Virus record (IMG/VR): IMGVR_UViG_3300030090_005562
Span: 64,001-128,000 of that record
DNA from: a virus
DNA length: 64,000 nucleotides
Reading direction: 5' to 3' (one strand)
The position numbers and the translations under genes are program-made. Positions 1 to 11,353 of the stretch are shown here, in pieces. The notes under the pieces were generated by a model. The model was not told where the DNA came from. It saw only the letters and a program-made list of their open reading frames with translations, and made no database searches. Every line of letters begins with the position of its first letter. The stretch's first letter is position 1.

Positions 1-1797
1 TGTATTATTATCAAATTTATACAAAGAGCCGTCAGCACAATTTGTTTCAGACGCCGCAAACATAAGTGCTTCTCTTCTATCTGGAATATATTTATCACTG
101 TTGACATTAACATCACGATAGAACAACCAAGAGTTAGGAGCTGTTACACCGCTAAATCCTTGAGTATTTAATCCTATGAAGTTCGTGCCAGCTAGTTCTG
201 TGTCTAAAGTAAAAGCGTTTATATCTCTAGCGCCAGAAGCAGAGGGTGTTGCGTCTATGGAAGATTGTCCTCCAGAAATACCTCTTGCTATCTTCAAGTT
301 TGATATATTAATTTGGGCTTGAATGAAAAGGTTCGCATCATTTAACACGCCAGAAGGCTTAGCTAGCAATAGCTCTGCTTGGCTTCCACCTCCTCCTTCA
401 CCGCCTGTAATATCAATCCCGCCAAACAAGCTGCCAAGACCGCCAATTCCTTGAGCTTCTGCAGCGGTCGGACCTTTAACAAATAAGGGTTCTTTTCTTT
501 TTAGAGTAAAGTTTCCTATATTAAGAGCAGCAAAACCAGATGAAGGTATCGGCGGCACACACTGAAGATATAGATTAGGGGTGGATGTTTCAGTAATGTG
601 CCCTAAAGTAAAAAAGTTTGCGTCAGCTATTCCCGAGGGGAAGCATTTTAAGTAGAGGGATGTCTCGGCGGTTGCTGGGGTTGGAGCAAAAATAAAAAGG
701 TCGGCGCCGCTCGAAGCGGGCAATGGGGCGTGAAGAAAAAGCGTCATAGCTTTTGTGAACAAGCCATACTCATAAGCCCCTATATCATATAAATTCCCAT
801 ATGGTCTTTTAAACGACCTAATATCTTCAGTTACAGACGATATAGTAGTTCCAGCATCTCTAGCTGGTGAGTTTTTTCTAAGATAAAAATCTCCGGACGG
901 ATAAATATTTACGCCGCTTCCAGCAACACTCTCAACTCTAATTTGTTTTGAAGGAATCCTAAATACCCTAGATTCTTTTTGATTTATAAGATGCCCAGCT
1001 AAAGTCACGCCCTGAGAAACAGACATGTCATCTGCAGAACTGTCGCTAGAAAGATTATTGCTGGTGCTTATGAAACCGTTGCCGTTTGTATTAGCATAAG
1101 AAAAGTCTATGCCGCTACAAGCCATTGATATGCAGTTTTGCACTGTGACATCAGCGCCGCCATAAAATCCAGGCAGATTTGTATTTGTAACTTTAAATCC
1201 AGTATTTATGTGCCCATAAGAGGTGCAGTTAAAACATTCTATTCCAGGCTTTCCTCCTAGCATGTTTTCCCCACCAAGCTCAAAACCCACATCGTTGCCA
1301 GTTTCAGTTCCTATTGCAAAGCAGTTTTTAATTAAGTTTCCTGAGCTAGCTGTGGTACTAACGTCTACTTTAGCTTTAAAACATGTGCCGTCTTTGTGAA
1401 AAGCCCAGCATTTATCTATTTCCATATTTGATGCAGAATTTATATCTAGTGTGAATCCGCGAGTGCTTCCTATTCCCTCTACTTTTGCATAGCTAACTGA
1501 TATTGTACTTGTTTGTGTGCCATCAATTGGAGGGGCAATCGTAGGGCCTTTATATAAATTACCCTGGTGAACCTCTCCAGAGGCAGCATAAATTCTTGGG
1601 TATCCAGATGAAGTAGGGGTAGACGCCCATCCAGACAATGTAAAGGTGCCAAGGTCAAATCCTTCATAACACTCAGCCCACTGAAATGGGTTTATTTTGT
1701 CGTCTACAAAATCTTCCCAAGCTTGAATGGTTGTAAAATCTCCAGTTCCAAGCGGGTGCGTAGATGCGCGAATTGTCCTTATTTTTGGTCTAGCCAT
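1..1797 (-). CDS. Tail-associated virion protein, partial (runs off the window start). N-terminal beta-helix-like domain ending in a DIGAYE motif, then short LxLxxP repeats
   Basis: ATG at 1797 directly after the tape measure stop. Absent from the ORF track, consistent with no stop before base 1; the segments I translated are open. Starts MARPKIRTIRASTHPLGTGDFTTIQAWEDF...AECYEGFDLG, paralogous to the N-terminus of 14645..16171. PYGNLYDIGAYE lies near 770-800. Confidence 0.75.
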   Translation of the reverse strand, partial: MARPKIRTIRASTHPLGTGDFTTIQAWEDFVDDKINPFQWAECYEGFDLGTFTLSGWASTPTSSGYPRIYAASGEVHQGNLYKGPTIAPPIDGTQTSTISVSYAKVEGIGSTRGFTLDINSASNMEIDKCWAFHKDGTCFKAKVDVSTTASSGNLIKNCFAIGTETGNDVGFELGGENMLGGKPGIECFNCTSYGHINTGFKVTNTNLPGFYGGADVTVQNCISMACSGIDFSYANTNGNGFISTSNNLSSDSSADDMSVSQGVTLAGHLINQKESRVFRIPSKQIRVESVAGSGVNIYPSGDFYLRKNSPARDAGTTISSVTEDIRSFKRPYGNLYDIGAYEYGLFTKAMTLFLHAPLPASSGADLFIFAPTPATAETSLYLKCFPSGIADANFFTLGHITETSTPNLYLQCVPPIPSSGFAALNIGNFTLKRKEPLFVKGPTAAEAQGIGGLGSLFGGIDITGGEGGGGSQAELLLAKPSGVLNDANLFIQAQINISNLKIARGISGGQSSIDATPSASGARDINAFTLDTELAGTNFIGLNTQGFSGVTAPNSWLFYRDVNVNSDKYIPDRREALMFAASETNCADGSLYKFDNNT

Positions 1798-1799
1798 GA

Positions 1800-4700
1800 C
1801 TATGCGTCTTGTCCTTGGAATAAATCTTGAAATCTAGCTGTAACAACTTGACCAACCTTTTGCATTAATCCTGATTCAGCTAGGTTGGCAAAAGCCTCTA
1901 CCCCATTAAGATTTACATCAACTCCGTTACTTTCCATTTTTACCTCTATAGCATTTGAACCAAACGTGTCGCTAAATCTATTTAATGCAGTTATAAGACC
2001 TTGAACTCCTGTGCTAGTTGGGAAGTTTGTTAGGGCTGACGCTAAGGCAGCAAAGTCTGTTGAGCCAGAGTCTCCTCCTTGGCCTGACATGCTTATGCTA
2101 GACACGGCTTGAGCAAATAATTGAACTGCTGACGTAAAAGCTCCAAAACCTGCGGAGCCGCCGTTGCCGCCATTTTGAAAATAACCAATTCTTCCACCAC
2201 TACTCGCATTTATAGTATTGCCATTATTTATGGCGTGGAGAAGACTTAGATTTTTAGCAGTAGCGGCTCTATTGACAACAAACTCTCCAGGAGTTAGCAC
2301 GGCGAGCCTTGTGTCTGTCCCCTTAGATAAAGAGCCAGCCATTGGACCGCTTCCGGCGCCAAATGGACCTCCTGATGATGAATAGTATGGTTCATCATCA
2401 AAAGACGAATAGTTAAGGGTTCTTTCGCTATTTTTAATTCCATCCGGATTCTGTGGATATAGCTCTCTTGTATAGTAGTGTTTCGGGTCAAAGGAAGGGG
2501 GGTCATCACGCTGTTCAGTAGGGTCAAAAAAGCGCTTTTCAAAGCATTTTTTATTCACTGAATCAAAATATTTGGCGTTTTCCGGACAAACCATTTGAGA
2601 TTGTCCTAGGCCTAAACTGGATTGTTGCTCTTGGTTTTCAATACCTGGGTCAAAAGGGTCGGCAAAATCGGAAGCGGGCTTTCCGCGCGTTGTCGTAAGG
2701 TTGGCCCTGTCAGTACCTAAACCAGCTCTGTCGGTGTCGATTTCACTCTGCCCTTCGTCAATTTTTGTGTCAAGGTTCCCGGATTGGGTTTGCAGCTGGC
2801 CTGTGGTTGGTCTTGCAGCATCTGGGTCGCGATTTTTTTCTCTATCGTCTTGCCTTCCCGCCGCTGCAGCTGCTGAGCCGGGGTCTATGCTAAGCTGGTC
2901 AATCTCGTCATCGGTCAAAGCGCCTGGTCCGGTCTTCAGATTTTGGGTTGATACTTCTGCTTCATTTTGAACATCCGCGTCCTGCTTTTCTTTGTAATTT
3001 ATATATGCTTTAACGCCTTTTTCAAAAGCGGATTTTACCACATTGAGTCTGTCGCCAATTTCAACCGCGCTAGTAAATGAATCCATAAAAATTCTAAGGC
3101 CTTCGGTGTCAACATGTGGAGAAAAAGTTTCCATGAAAACGTTCCTAGCTTTTGCAATTATCGACTTCATACCCCTTGCAGTTATTGTGCCTTTGTCCAT
3201 GCCACCGGGCGTCGAGACAGCAGATTGGGATATGTCTGAGCTCGTTTCCTTTAAAGCATCTTTCCCTAAAGCGCCGCGGCCTTTAGTCTGAATTTTTTCC
3301 AGTTCTTTTGCCGATTCTCTTCCAGCCTTGATATTGGCAAGGTCCCCACCGCCTGCAGCTACTTTGCCAAGCTTTCCTCGGTCACCAGCAACACTATCAC
3401 CAAGAGTTTCTCTGTCTTCTAGCTCAGCGTCTATGTCAGCCTTTTCTTCTCTTAAATTTTCAACGTTCTTTTCTTTCTCTTCAATTTCAGTCTCTTTCTC
3501 TTTTATTTTATCCTCTCGTATTTTAATTTCATCTGCTTTTCTTCTTTCATTCTCCGCCTGCGCCCTTTGCATTTCCATAGATAAGGCTAAGGCCTCCATA
3601 GCCCTTACCTGTCTCTGCACAAGCTGCGCCTCCTCATCTTGCAGTCTTCTTCTTTCCGCTAGTTGGGCTCTAATGCTATCTTGAAATGCCTCTAATTCGT
3701 CTCCTGCTAGCCCAGACTGTGCCCCTAATCTTTGCACGGTAAACTCATCTAAAGAATCGTCAATATTAGCCGTAGTACCATCAGCAAGCTGGAGTTCATT
3801 AATCCCCATATCCTGAAGACCTTGAAGATAGTCTCGCCCTCCCTGAAAAAACTCCGCGCTAATGTTGCCAAACTCGTCAAATTGAGCTGCCGCAGACTCT
3901 GGATTAAACGCTATCTGCATACCCGCCATACTGTCATCTGCAAGTTGTTGCTGTTGTTCCACGTTCATGAAAGCGGCGTCTTGTAGGAAGTTCCTCTTTT
4001 TCTCAGCAATAGCCAGCTCAGCCTGAACAGCTGCAAGCTCTTCTCCAGATTCAGACATATGCTCGAGAGCCTCTTGAAATCTTCTAGACCTGTCAGAAGC
4101 TTTTGACAATTCATCTGCCAACGCAATTGTTTCTTCTGCGGTAAGATTTGATGAGTTGGCTAATTTATTTTGAATGTCAATAACCTCTTGTTGAGAATTG
4201 AGAAGTCCGGCCCGAAGAGCGTCTGAGTCTCCAGCGGCGCCAGCATTTTCCGGACCCAGTATTACCCTTTGCTGTCGTTGAAATTGCGCTGAAGCCTGAG
4301 CTCTTGATAGCGCGCCGCCTCTACCAGCATTTCTGTTTTGAAGTTTTAATAGCTGAGATTCTTTAGCTATAGTTTTTAACCTAAGCTGAGCTACTTTTTT
4401 CTCTGTATTAAATATTTGTTGGTTAATTTTTAAAACGCCATCAAATAAAGCCTGTTGTTGCTTGGCAGCATCTTGTATTCCTGCAATAAGAGCTTTTGCG
4501 GAATCGCTTTGTATCTTTTGTGCAAATGCGGCGGAGTCTTCTTGTATTTCATCAATAATGCTGCCCTCAGATTCGCTTCTTCCACCTGCCAAACCTCCAA
4601 TTCTCGTGGAGAGCGCCTCTATTGCTTTTCCTGTGAAACCCATACTTTTTGCAACTTCAGTAAAAGTTTTCTGAAATTTATCTGGGTTCCCGGCAGATTC

Positions 4701-7700
4701 TCTTGCTGCTTGCGATAAAATGTCAGGCAGCTGAGACATTAGCTGTGCTGCGGCAAACCCTTCGGTTGCTATCTCCTCGGTTGGAGAGCCAATTTTAATG
4801 GCATCTTCAAGCTGAGATGTGCTAACACGTTCGCCCGCTGCAGCGCGTCCTATAACGCTTGTATCAACGGAGCCTATTCTGCCAGCAGCTGTACCCTCCA
4901 TACTGCTGTTAAAATTATCTATATTATTTGAGGCCGTACCAAAGAGTGAGGCAACGTCTTTGAAAGCTGAGGCGACATTTTGAGTTTCTCTGACAAGATT
5001 TTTCATCTCTTTTGCGGCTTCAATCTCTGCTTGCTTTGATTCTCTTAGTTTATTGTTTATATCTATTTGTTGTTGAAGCTCATCTTTAAGCACACGGTAT
5101 AAACTTGGGTCTACAACAGAAATGGACTCTAGTATTTTTTTGCCTGCTCCTCCCATTTTATTTTCAAAATCTTCAAAACTTGTAGATGACGCAGCAAGTT
5201 TATCAAGTAGACCTCTTACCTGAGGAAACTGTTTATTCAAATTATCTCTAAATTGCTCTCTATTTTCAGCGTCTGGAGTATTCAATAGTTCAGTCATTTT
5301 GGTAAATTGGGTTGCAAAAGCATTCATATTACTAAGTCTCATCCCATTCTTTTCAATACTTCTTAACGAATCAGACATCTCTTTTTGAATCTGAACAGAC
5401 CTACCTCTTTCTATAGCGGCTTCAACTTTAGCCATGCTAGGAGGTATAATCCCTCCAATTATTCCTCCAACTACACTCCCAACAACCACTCCCATCGGAC
5501 CTGCAATAGCACCAATCGCAGCTCCTGCCAGCATTCCCGTGCCAGCGTTGGCCATTCTAGAGCCCGATTCAAAATTTTCTCTAGCTGTCTGTTCATCTGC
5601 CATAGTTTTTACATTTTCAGCAGATTTTATAGCCGCATCTTTTACGCTGTTACCAAAAAGTAATAAAGCCGCTCCTGCAGCAACATAGCCCACAGCCAAA
5701 CTGTTCATTAGCACCCCAGCGGTCTTAAACTGAGTGACCATATTGGCAAGAGGACCACCCATCGATGTAAACAATGCTGGTATTCCAGAAAGCGCCGGAA
5801 CTAACATTGAAATTGTTCCGCCAAGCATAGCGATTGTGTTAAAGGTAGAAAGAAGGTCTTGGGTGGTTTCGCCAAGACCCCCAAAAGAGTCTGCCAACAT
5901 TTGAGCTGCCATCGGGACCATCATTAGGCCCATGCCAACGTTACCGGCTGTTGCCATACCGCCGCCTTGAAACTTCTGTACCCCTACAGGCCCACCGCTT
6001 GCAAAGCCCTGCACCCTTCCTTTATTAATTGCGTTAAGATTATTGACACCAATTCTTTGTGCTGATTTTTTGTTAACTACAAATTCACCAGGAGTAAGAA
6101 GTGCGGGTACAGTATCAGAGCCAGAGATTCCTCCTCCAGAGGCCCTGAATATAGTCGCCATTATTTCTTGAGTAGGCTTAGACATCTTGGCGGCCATTGA
6201 ATCAAATACTTTATCTAACTCAAAGCCAGCCTCTTCTATATTGAAGTTTTTAACTTTTTTAAGAAGCGCGCCAAGATTATCGGAAGTAAAATTACTTTTT
6301 GCATCAGTTGGTCTATTTTTAACTCTACTCATACTTGGAACATTAAAGTTCTCAAGGTTTACACCCAGGCCTTTTGGAAAGTCAAATGGGGCGTTGGCTG
6401 GGTCAGAGTCCTTCGGGCTATATGGAACATCAGTAACAGAAAGAACATTCTCAAATAAGTTGCCCATAACTTGGTCTATGTTGGCGCTTTTCATTTTAGC
6501 ATAAACAGCATTTTTATCAGTGTTAGCAACAACTTTTGAGCTAATCTGCCTTGCTGCATTAAAGACAGAGGACTCTACGCCTTCTAAGAGTATGCCCTCG
6601 ACCCTCTCAGAAACACCCTTTTTTAACGCTCCAGCCTGTATTCGAAACTCATTTTTTGAAGTATATTTGCCTACAACAGCCTTAGCTTCTGCTTCCGCAA
6701 CTGCAGCTCCAGCTAACAAGTTAGGGCCATGTGGGGCCCCCGCTTTTTTAGCCGCTGCTTTAATTTTCTCGATTTGTGAAGTGAATTTTTTATATCCGTC
6801 GCTTGACTTCAACACTTTTTGAAGAACAATTTGACTGTTATTGCCCTGCTTAAAGCCCGCAGAGGCGTTAGCGTGCGCCATAAAAGCTCCGCCATAAATA
6901 TCTTCATCAGCAAAACCTTTGGCTAATTGGCCGCCATCTTTTGTGACAACTTTCATTGCCAATCTGCCTCTTTCTATCAGCGCTGTTTTTTCTGGGTCAA
7001 ACGGCTTTAACGCTTTCGACCTACCCTGAGCAAACGCAGTTTGCCTAGCTGATGTTTGGGCAGCACGCAGTCCCGCACCAGGAGCTGCAACTATTGGTAA
7101 CGACATTCCTCCGTTGGCAAATCTCTGAACCGGAACAGTGCCTCCAGAATTCATTTGAGCAAGATTTTCTGCGCCATACTTTTTAACAGAGCTTTTTCTA
7201 ATAACAAACTCACCAGGAGTTAACATAGCAGGGACGGTGTCTCTATTGCCTGTTCCTGGAACAATTCCGCCAGTAGCAAATCTTCTGCCTCCGCCCATGG
7301 GCATTACAGAGAGCCTCATTTGCTTTGGGAGAGCCACCACTGCTGTTGTTAGCTTTTGTAAAGCGGATGTATTTGCTCCTAATGCAGTTACGAGCTTAGA
7401 CATGGCTTGGCTTTGAGCCTGTCTGCTAGCTCCACCCGCTGCGCCACCAAGATTTGCACCAGCCGCTCCAGCTCCTCCAGCTCCTCGAATGCCGCCTAAA
7501 AATCCAGCCCCAAATTGAAAAGCCATTTTGGCTCCTTGGAACGCTGCGAGGGCTCCTAGTAATGGCAGAACTGGCTTGATAGCATCTGCCACTTTAATGA
7601 ATGAAGAAGCCATTCCTAATATCACAGTCGTAATCGACTTAAAAGTTCCTGAACCAGCTAGGTCTCTGAATAAGCCAAGGAATTCTTCTCTAACTTTAGA

Positions 7701-8924
7701 TATTTGAACAGCCAGGGAGGCTTGAGCTGTTGCGGCATCCTTAGCAAGAGAGCCTTGACCCTGCTGAGCAACACGTAGGGCCTGTTGTGCTGTAGCAAAT
7801 TGCTGAATAAGAGGAATAACTTTAGACACCTGCCTGAACCCACCAAGCTCTTCAACAATTTTTGCAAATCTTGGGTCTGTAGAATCTAAGCTTTTAAGAG
7901 CTGCGCTTAATCTTTTTACAGCCTCAAAAGGACCGACAAAATTGCCTTCTAAATTTTGAAGCTCAATACCAGACTGTCTCAAAAATTCAATTGTTTTTGG
8001 TCTTTGAATTCTTGTAAAAATGGTTCTAAAGCCAGTCGCAATTGTTTCAGCGCTTTCACGGGTTGTTGCTCTAACGCTAGTGAACAAAGCAAGCAATTCC
8101 TCTAGAGAACCACCCGCAGCCTGAAATGCACCACCGGCTCTTCTAATTGCAAAAATCAAGTCTTGGGACTCAACAGCAAACTGACCTGCAAGAGCATTGA
8201 TGGAACCGAGCTTTTTGCCTAACTGGTCAGCGGTTACGCCAAACTGACGCATAATGGCAATTGCACCCTCTGCAGTATTTGCCATATCTTTAAAGGTAGG
8301 AGCTAAAGAACTTTGAGCCAGGGCTTTCATGGCTATAGTGACATCTCTAGCAGCGAGACCGGTTTGAGATAATGTTCTAGCTACATCAACAAGTTCGGAT
8401 GAAGAAACGCCAAGGCTTGAAGATAAATTTCCAATCTCTGAGGAAAGCCCTTTTAGATTAGACATTGTTTTTCCAGTGACTTGAGAAATCTTAACCATCT
8501 GTCTCTCAAAGTCAATGGCGGCCCTCGTACCCTCTTTTATAGCATTAGCCACCCCCATCATAATTCCGGCGCCAACACTAAACGCAGCAAATCTTTTAAC
8601 GGCTAATGCAGACTGCTTTCCAAAAGCGGCGGCGCCTGTAGCAGCAGAATTTAGTTGTGCGGCGGATTGTTTAGCCGCATTTCCAACTTTGCTTATAGAG
8701 GTGGATGCATTTTTTGCCGCTGCAGATGTTTGCTTAGAGGCCGCAGATATTTTATTAAGAGATGCAGCTATTGATTTTAGTTGAGCTGCGGTTTTTTTAT
8801 CAAGCCTTATGTTTACATTAGTGCTTACTTTACTAAGCTTGCTTTGAATTTGCTTAGTGACTTGATTTAAATTTTTTGGTCCACGAAGCTGAAGCTCAGC
8901 GACAATGTTAAATTTTGAAGACAT
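1800..8924 (-). CDS. Tail tape measure protein
   Basis: 2374 aa, Ala/Gly-rich and helical. N-terminal TP901-type tape-measure region (FERQMVKISQVTG...FTSVRATTRESAETIATGFRTIF). Three DTxxAxLTPGEFV motifs. Lies downstream of the tail tube and chaperone genes. Confidence 0.92.
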   Translation of the reverse strand: MSSKFNIVAELQLRGPKNLNQVTKQIQSKLSKVSTNVNIRLDKKTAAQLKSIAASLNKISAASKQTSAAAKNASTSISKVGNAAKQSAAQLNSAATGAAAFGKQSALAVKRFAAFSVGAGIMMGVANAIKEGTRAAIDFERQMVKISQVTGKTMSNLKGLSSEIGNLSSSLGVSSSELVDVARTLSQTGLAARDVTIAMKALAQSSLAPTFKDMANTAEGAIAIMRQFGVTADQLGKKLGSINALAGQFAVESQDLIFAIRRAGGAFQAAGGSLEELLALFTSVRATTRESAETIATGFRTIFTRIQRPKTIEFLRQSGIELQNLEGNFVGPFEAVKRLSAALKSLDSTDPRFAKIVEELGGFRQVSKVIPLIQQFATAQQALRVAQQGQGSLAKDAATAQASLAVQISKVREEFLGLFRDLAGSGTFKSITTVILGMASSFIKVADAIKPVLPLLGALAAFQGAKMAFQFGAGFLGGIRGAGGAGAAGANLGGAAGGASRQAQSQAMSKLVTALGANTSALQKLTTAVVALPKQMRLSVMPMGGGRRFATGGIVPGTGNRDTVPAMLTPGEFVIRKSSVKKYGAENLAQMNSGGTVPVQRFANGGMSLPIVAAPGAGLRAAQTSARQTAFAQGRSKALKPFDPEKTALIERGRLAMKVVTKDGGQLAKGFADEDIYGGAFMAHANASAGFKQGNNSQIVLQKVLKSSDGYKKFTSQIEKIKAAAKKAGAPHGPNLLAGAAVAEAEAKAVVGKYTSKNEFRIQAGALKKGVSERVEGILLEGVESSVFNAARQISSKVVANTDKNAVYAKMKSANIDQVMGNLFENVLSVTDVPYSPKDSDPANAPFDFPKGLGVNLENFNVPSMSRVKNRPTDAKSNFTSDNLGALLKKVKNFNIEEAGFELDKVFDSMAAKMSKPTQEIMATIFRASGGGISGSDTVPALLTPGEFVVNKKSAQRIGVNNLNAINKGRVQGFASGGPVGVQKFQGGGMATAGNVGMGLMMVPMAAQMLADSFGGLGETTQDLLSTFNTIAMLGGTISMLVPALSGIPALFTSMGGPLANMVTQFKTAGVLMNSLAVGYVAAGAALLLFGNSVKDAAIKSAENVKTMADEQTARENFESGSRMANAGTGMLAGAAIGAIAGPMGVVVGSVVGGIIGGIIPPSMAKVEAAIERGRSVQIQKEMSDSLRSIEKNGMRLSNMNAFATQFTKMTELLNTPDAENREQFRDNLNKQFPQVRGLLDKLAASSTSFEDFENKMGGAGKKILESISVVDPSLYRVLKDELQQQIDINNKLRESKQAEIEAAKEMKNLVRETQNVASAFKDVASLFGTASNNIDNFNSSMEGTAAGRIGSVDTSVIGRAAAGERVSTSQLEDAIKIGSPTEEIATEGFAAAQLMSQLPDILSQAARESAGNPDKFQKTFTEVAKSMGFTGKAIEALSTRIGGLAGGRSESEGSIIDEIQEDSAAFAQKIQSDSAKALIAGIQDAAKQQQALFDGVLKINQQIFNTEKKVAQLRLKTIAKESQLLKLQNRNAGRGGALSRAQASAQFQRQQRVILGPENAGAAGDSDALRAGLLNSQQEVIDIQNKLANSSNLTAEETIALADELSKASDRSRRFQEALEHMSESGEELAAVQAELAIAEKKRNFLQDAAFMNVEQQQQLADDSMAGMQIAFNPESAAAQFDEFGNISAEFFQGGRDYLQGLQDMGINELQLADGTTANIDDSLDEFTVQRLGAQSGLAGDELEAFQDSIRAQLAERRRLQDEEAQLVQRQVRAMEALALSMEMQRAQAENERRKADEIKIREDKIKEKETEIEEKEKNVENLREEKADIDAELEDRETLGDSVAGDRGKLGKVAAGGGDLANIKAGRESAKELEKIQTKGRGALGKDALKETSSDISQSAVSTPGGMDKGTITARGMKSIIAKARNVFMETFSPHVDTEGLRIFMDSFTSAVEIGDRLNVVKSAFEKGVKAYINYKEKQDADVQNEAEVSTQNLKTGPGALTDDEIDQLSIDPGSAAAAAGRQDDREKNRDPDAARPTTGQLQTQSGNLDTKIDEGQSEIDTDRAGLGTDRANLTTTRGKPASDFADPFDPGIENQEQQSSLGLGQSQMVCPENAKYFDSVNKKCFEKRFFDPTEQRDDPPSFDPKHYYTRELYPQNPDGIKNSERTLNYSSFDDEPYYSSSGGPFGAGSGPMAGSLSKGTDTRLAVLTPGEFVVNRAATAKNLSLLHAINNGNTINASSGGRIGYFQNGGNGGSAGFGAFTSAVQLFAQAVSSISMSGQGGDSGSTDFAALASALTNFPTSTGVQGLITALNRFSDTFGSNAIEVKMESNGVDVNLNGVEAFANLAESGLMQKVGQVVTARFQDLFQGQDA

Positions 8925-9000
8925 GTTAATTGCGTACCTATATTGCTGCTATAAAAATAAACCCGCTAACCAACAATATAGTTACTATCCAAGGGCCGTC

Positions 9001-9900
9001 TTAAGACTCAGATGATTGCTTGTCTTTTTTGGGTCTTCCTCTTCTTTTTTTTACTGGCTCTTTTTCCTCTTTATCTTCATCAGTAGCTCCTATCGGATTT
9101 CCCTTTTCGTCCAAAAATGGCTTTACCCTGTCTGATATAGGCTCTCCACTTTCATCAATCCTTTCCCCGTTAATGTCTACATATTCACCCTGCTCGTTAA
9201 TATATCTAAAGTTGTCATCAATTAGCCTTCCTTGATAATCAACTTTTCTGCCTTGTTCGTCCAGTAAAAAATCTTTATCTGCAAATTTATGTTCACTTAG
9301 AAATTTATTTTCGATTAAATTACTCTCATAGTCTTTTTCTAATCCAAAATAAAACTCTGCAAATTTTCCTGCCGCCAAAACTGCAACGCTATCCTCATCA
9401 GAATCCTCTGACGAAAAGTCGTCCATTGTTTTGTAGACCCTTTCAAAGTTACCGTTATCATCAGTCCTATCATTATACACCAAACAATTAATTAATAAAA
9501 AGTTAAATCTTGCGTTTTCAGCTTGTCCTTGGGCGCTATTTACATCCAAAGCATTTCTGTTTTCAATCATGGCCTTGACAAGGTTTCTGCAAGCTTTTAT
9601 GTTAATGGCTAGCTCTTTGGCCTCAGACAATTTTATACCACCAAGTTTTAAAAGCTTCTCTTTATCAGAAATTTCCATCAAAAGAGAGGTGTATTCGGCT
9701 TCTTTTTCATCATCCCACAGACCCTGCTCTCTCATAAAGGTGTCTAAAGACTCTCTTAAAAGTGCCCCATTCCTAAGAGATTTGCTGAAGACTCTATTGT
9801 ATTCCATAGACGCGTCTTCATTGATTTTTGAAGTTGGAGTGAGTATTGCATAAGTCTCGCCTTTGAACTCAAAAACCTCGGCCTTTTTCTTTTTAACCAT
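9001..9900 (-). CDS. Putative tail assembly chaperone
   Basis: Acidic protein immediately upstream of the tape measure. AAGGAG RBS before the ATG at 9900. Confidence 0.5.
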   Translation of the reverse strand: MVKKKKAEVFEFKGETYAILTPTSKINEDASMEYNRVFSKSLRNGALLRESLDTFMREQGLWDDEKEAEYTSLLMEISDKEKLLKLGGIKLSEAKELAINIKACRNLVKAMIENRNALDVNSAQGQAENARFNFLLINCLVYNDRTDDNGNFERVYKTMDDFSSEDSDEDSVAVLAAGKFAEFYFGLEKDYESNLIENKFLSEHKFADKDFLLDEQGRKVDYQGRLIDDNFRYINEQGEYVDINGERIDESGEPISDRVKPFLDEKGNPIGATDEDKEEKEPVKKRRGRPKKDKQSSES

Positions 9901-10285
9901 TAAATTGCTCCTTATTTTTATCAATATTTATTCCAAGGCTATATCTTTCCCAGTTTATTGAATAGTTATCTATCTCGTTCATGGCCGCACGTAATTGAGT
10001 GTTGCCATTGTCTAGTATTTCAGTTCTTACCTCTTCCCATATTTCTTTCATTTCTAGTTCTTGCTCATTTAAATCATCGTCATCTTTGCCGTGTCCCCAA
10101 AGAAAACCAAAATTTTTTTCACAAGACGATATCGCTCCTATGAATGAGGTTTTAATTTTTGTGTTTACTATATTAGAAAGTCTTTTTTTTGATTTGTCCT
10201 TATATTTTATCTCTTTAGCTTCTCGCTTTTTTTGTTGGCTTGCCGCTAATTGATAGTGGCTTAGCTTATTTTCATTGTGTTCCAT
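9893..10285 (-). CDS. Hypothetical protein (tail module)
   Basis: ORF tightly packed in the operon; start moved to the ATG at 10285. Confidence 0.6.
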   Translation of the reverse strand: MEHNENKLSHYQLAASQQKKREAKEIKYKDKSKKRLSNIVNTKIKTSFIGAISSCEKNFGFLWGHGKDDDDLNEQELEMKEIWEEVRTEILDNGNTQLRAAMNEIDNYSINWERYSLGINIDKNKEQFNG

Positions 10286-10286
10286 G

Positions 10287-11351
10287 CTATCCTCTTGCCT
10301 TTTGTTTAAATTGCTCATTAGCCATTTGTCTCATCTCAAGCTGAGCTTCAACGGTTTGCTCAGTTTTCAATCCTTTGCCTTTTTTAGATTGATTGTCTAA
10401 TTGCTTATTCAGGCTTTTTATCGTTGATTTACCCTGAATATCATTCAAATCGTGTATTCTCTTTGCGTCTTCTGCGGTATCAGCAAAAAGAAAAACTTCA
10501 TCACCTTTCACATCAGACCCTTTTTTGGAAACAGCGGATTTAGACCTTTCACTTTCCGCCTTTCTGTTTTGATATATTAACCAACCATCAAGCATATCAT
10601 CGTCCTCAATAACGGTGCTAGCAGGGCACTCATGGCTAGATAGAACGCTATCATATATTTTAGACCAAGTTATCAATGACCTTTGTTGAGGTGTAAGCTC
10701 AATTGAAGGTTTATTAAAAACGCCTCCTTCAGCCTTGCCAGGGCCCCAAAAACTTTTCCACACATCGTTCTTGGATATAGTCCTTATACGTTTATCTGTT
10801 ACATAGAAAGAAAGATATTTTATGGCAACGTCAGAAACAATATTATTGTCACTTTGGTCATAATCTTCAAAAAAAACATCATCATTTTCATAAAATGTAT
10901 TTGTACATATTAAATATCTAGATTTTGTAATCGACGCTAGCCCCTCGCAAGTTTGTTCTGATAATATACCTCTTTTTTTAGAAAGCTTAACGTATTCCTC
11001 ATTTAAATCTTTTATTCTTTTCCTTATTGGGTCTCTAGATTTAAAATTCTTATACGCTAAATAAAGCTGAACTTTAGCATCTTCTATTTTTTTGGGAATG
11101 CTATCTAGCTGTTCTTGTTCGAGCTTGCTCCACAAATTAACAGAAATCAATTTTTCAATCATCTCCTCTTCTTTTATTGTGCCTAAATATTCAGACTTAT
11201 CAAAAATTTTTTTATAAATTAAAGAGCCCTTTAGCATGCTTGAAACGCTCGGTTCTTTAACATATAAAGAATTACCAAAAACCTTAATTCTAGTTTTTCC
11301 TTCAATTATATCATACAGTTGTATTTCAAGTTGATGTTCATCATCAATCAT
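10287..11351 (-). CDS. Hypothetical protein, possible tail assembly chaperone
   Basis: 354-aa ORF between tail tube and tape measure. Confidence 0.55.
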   Translation of the reverse strand: MIDDEHQLEIQLYDIIEGKTRIKVFGNSLYVKEPSVSSMLKGSLIYKKIFDKSEYLGTIKEEEMIEKLISVNLWSKLEQEQLDSIPKKIEDAKVQLYLAYKNFKSRDPIRKRIKDLNEEYVKLSKKRGILSEQTCEGLASITKSRYLICTNTFYENDDVFFEDYDQSDNNIVSDVAIKYLSFYVTDKRIRTISKNDVWKSFWGPGKAEGGVFNKPSIELTPQQRSLITWSKIYDSVLSSHECPASTVIEDDDMLDGWLIYQNRKAESERSKSAVSKKGSDVKGDEVFLFADTAEDAKRIHDLNDIQGKSTIKSLNKQLDNQSKKGKGLKTEQTVEAQLEMRQMANEQFKQKARG

Positions 11352-11353
11352 TT

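Noticed and set aside
2294-8784. Alternative-frame and antisense ORFs inside the tape measure gene, and similar ones inside other long genes
   Set aside because: Shadow ORFs of a long coding frame with no RBS or recognisable motifs.
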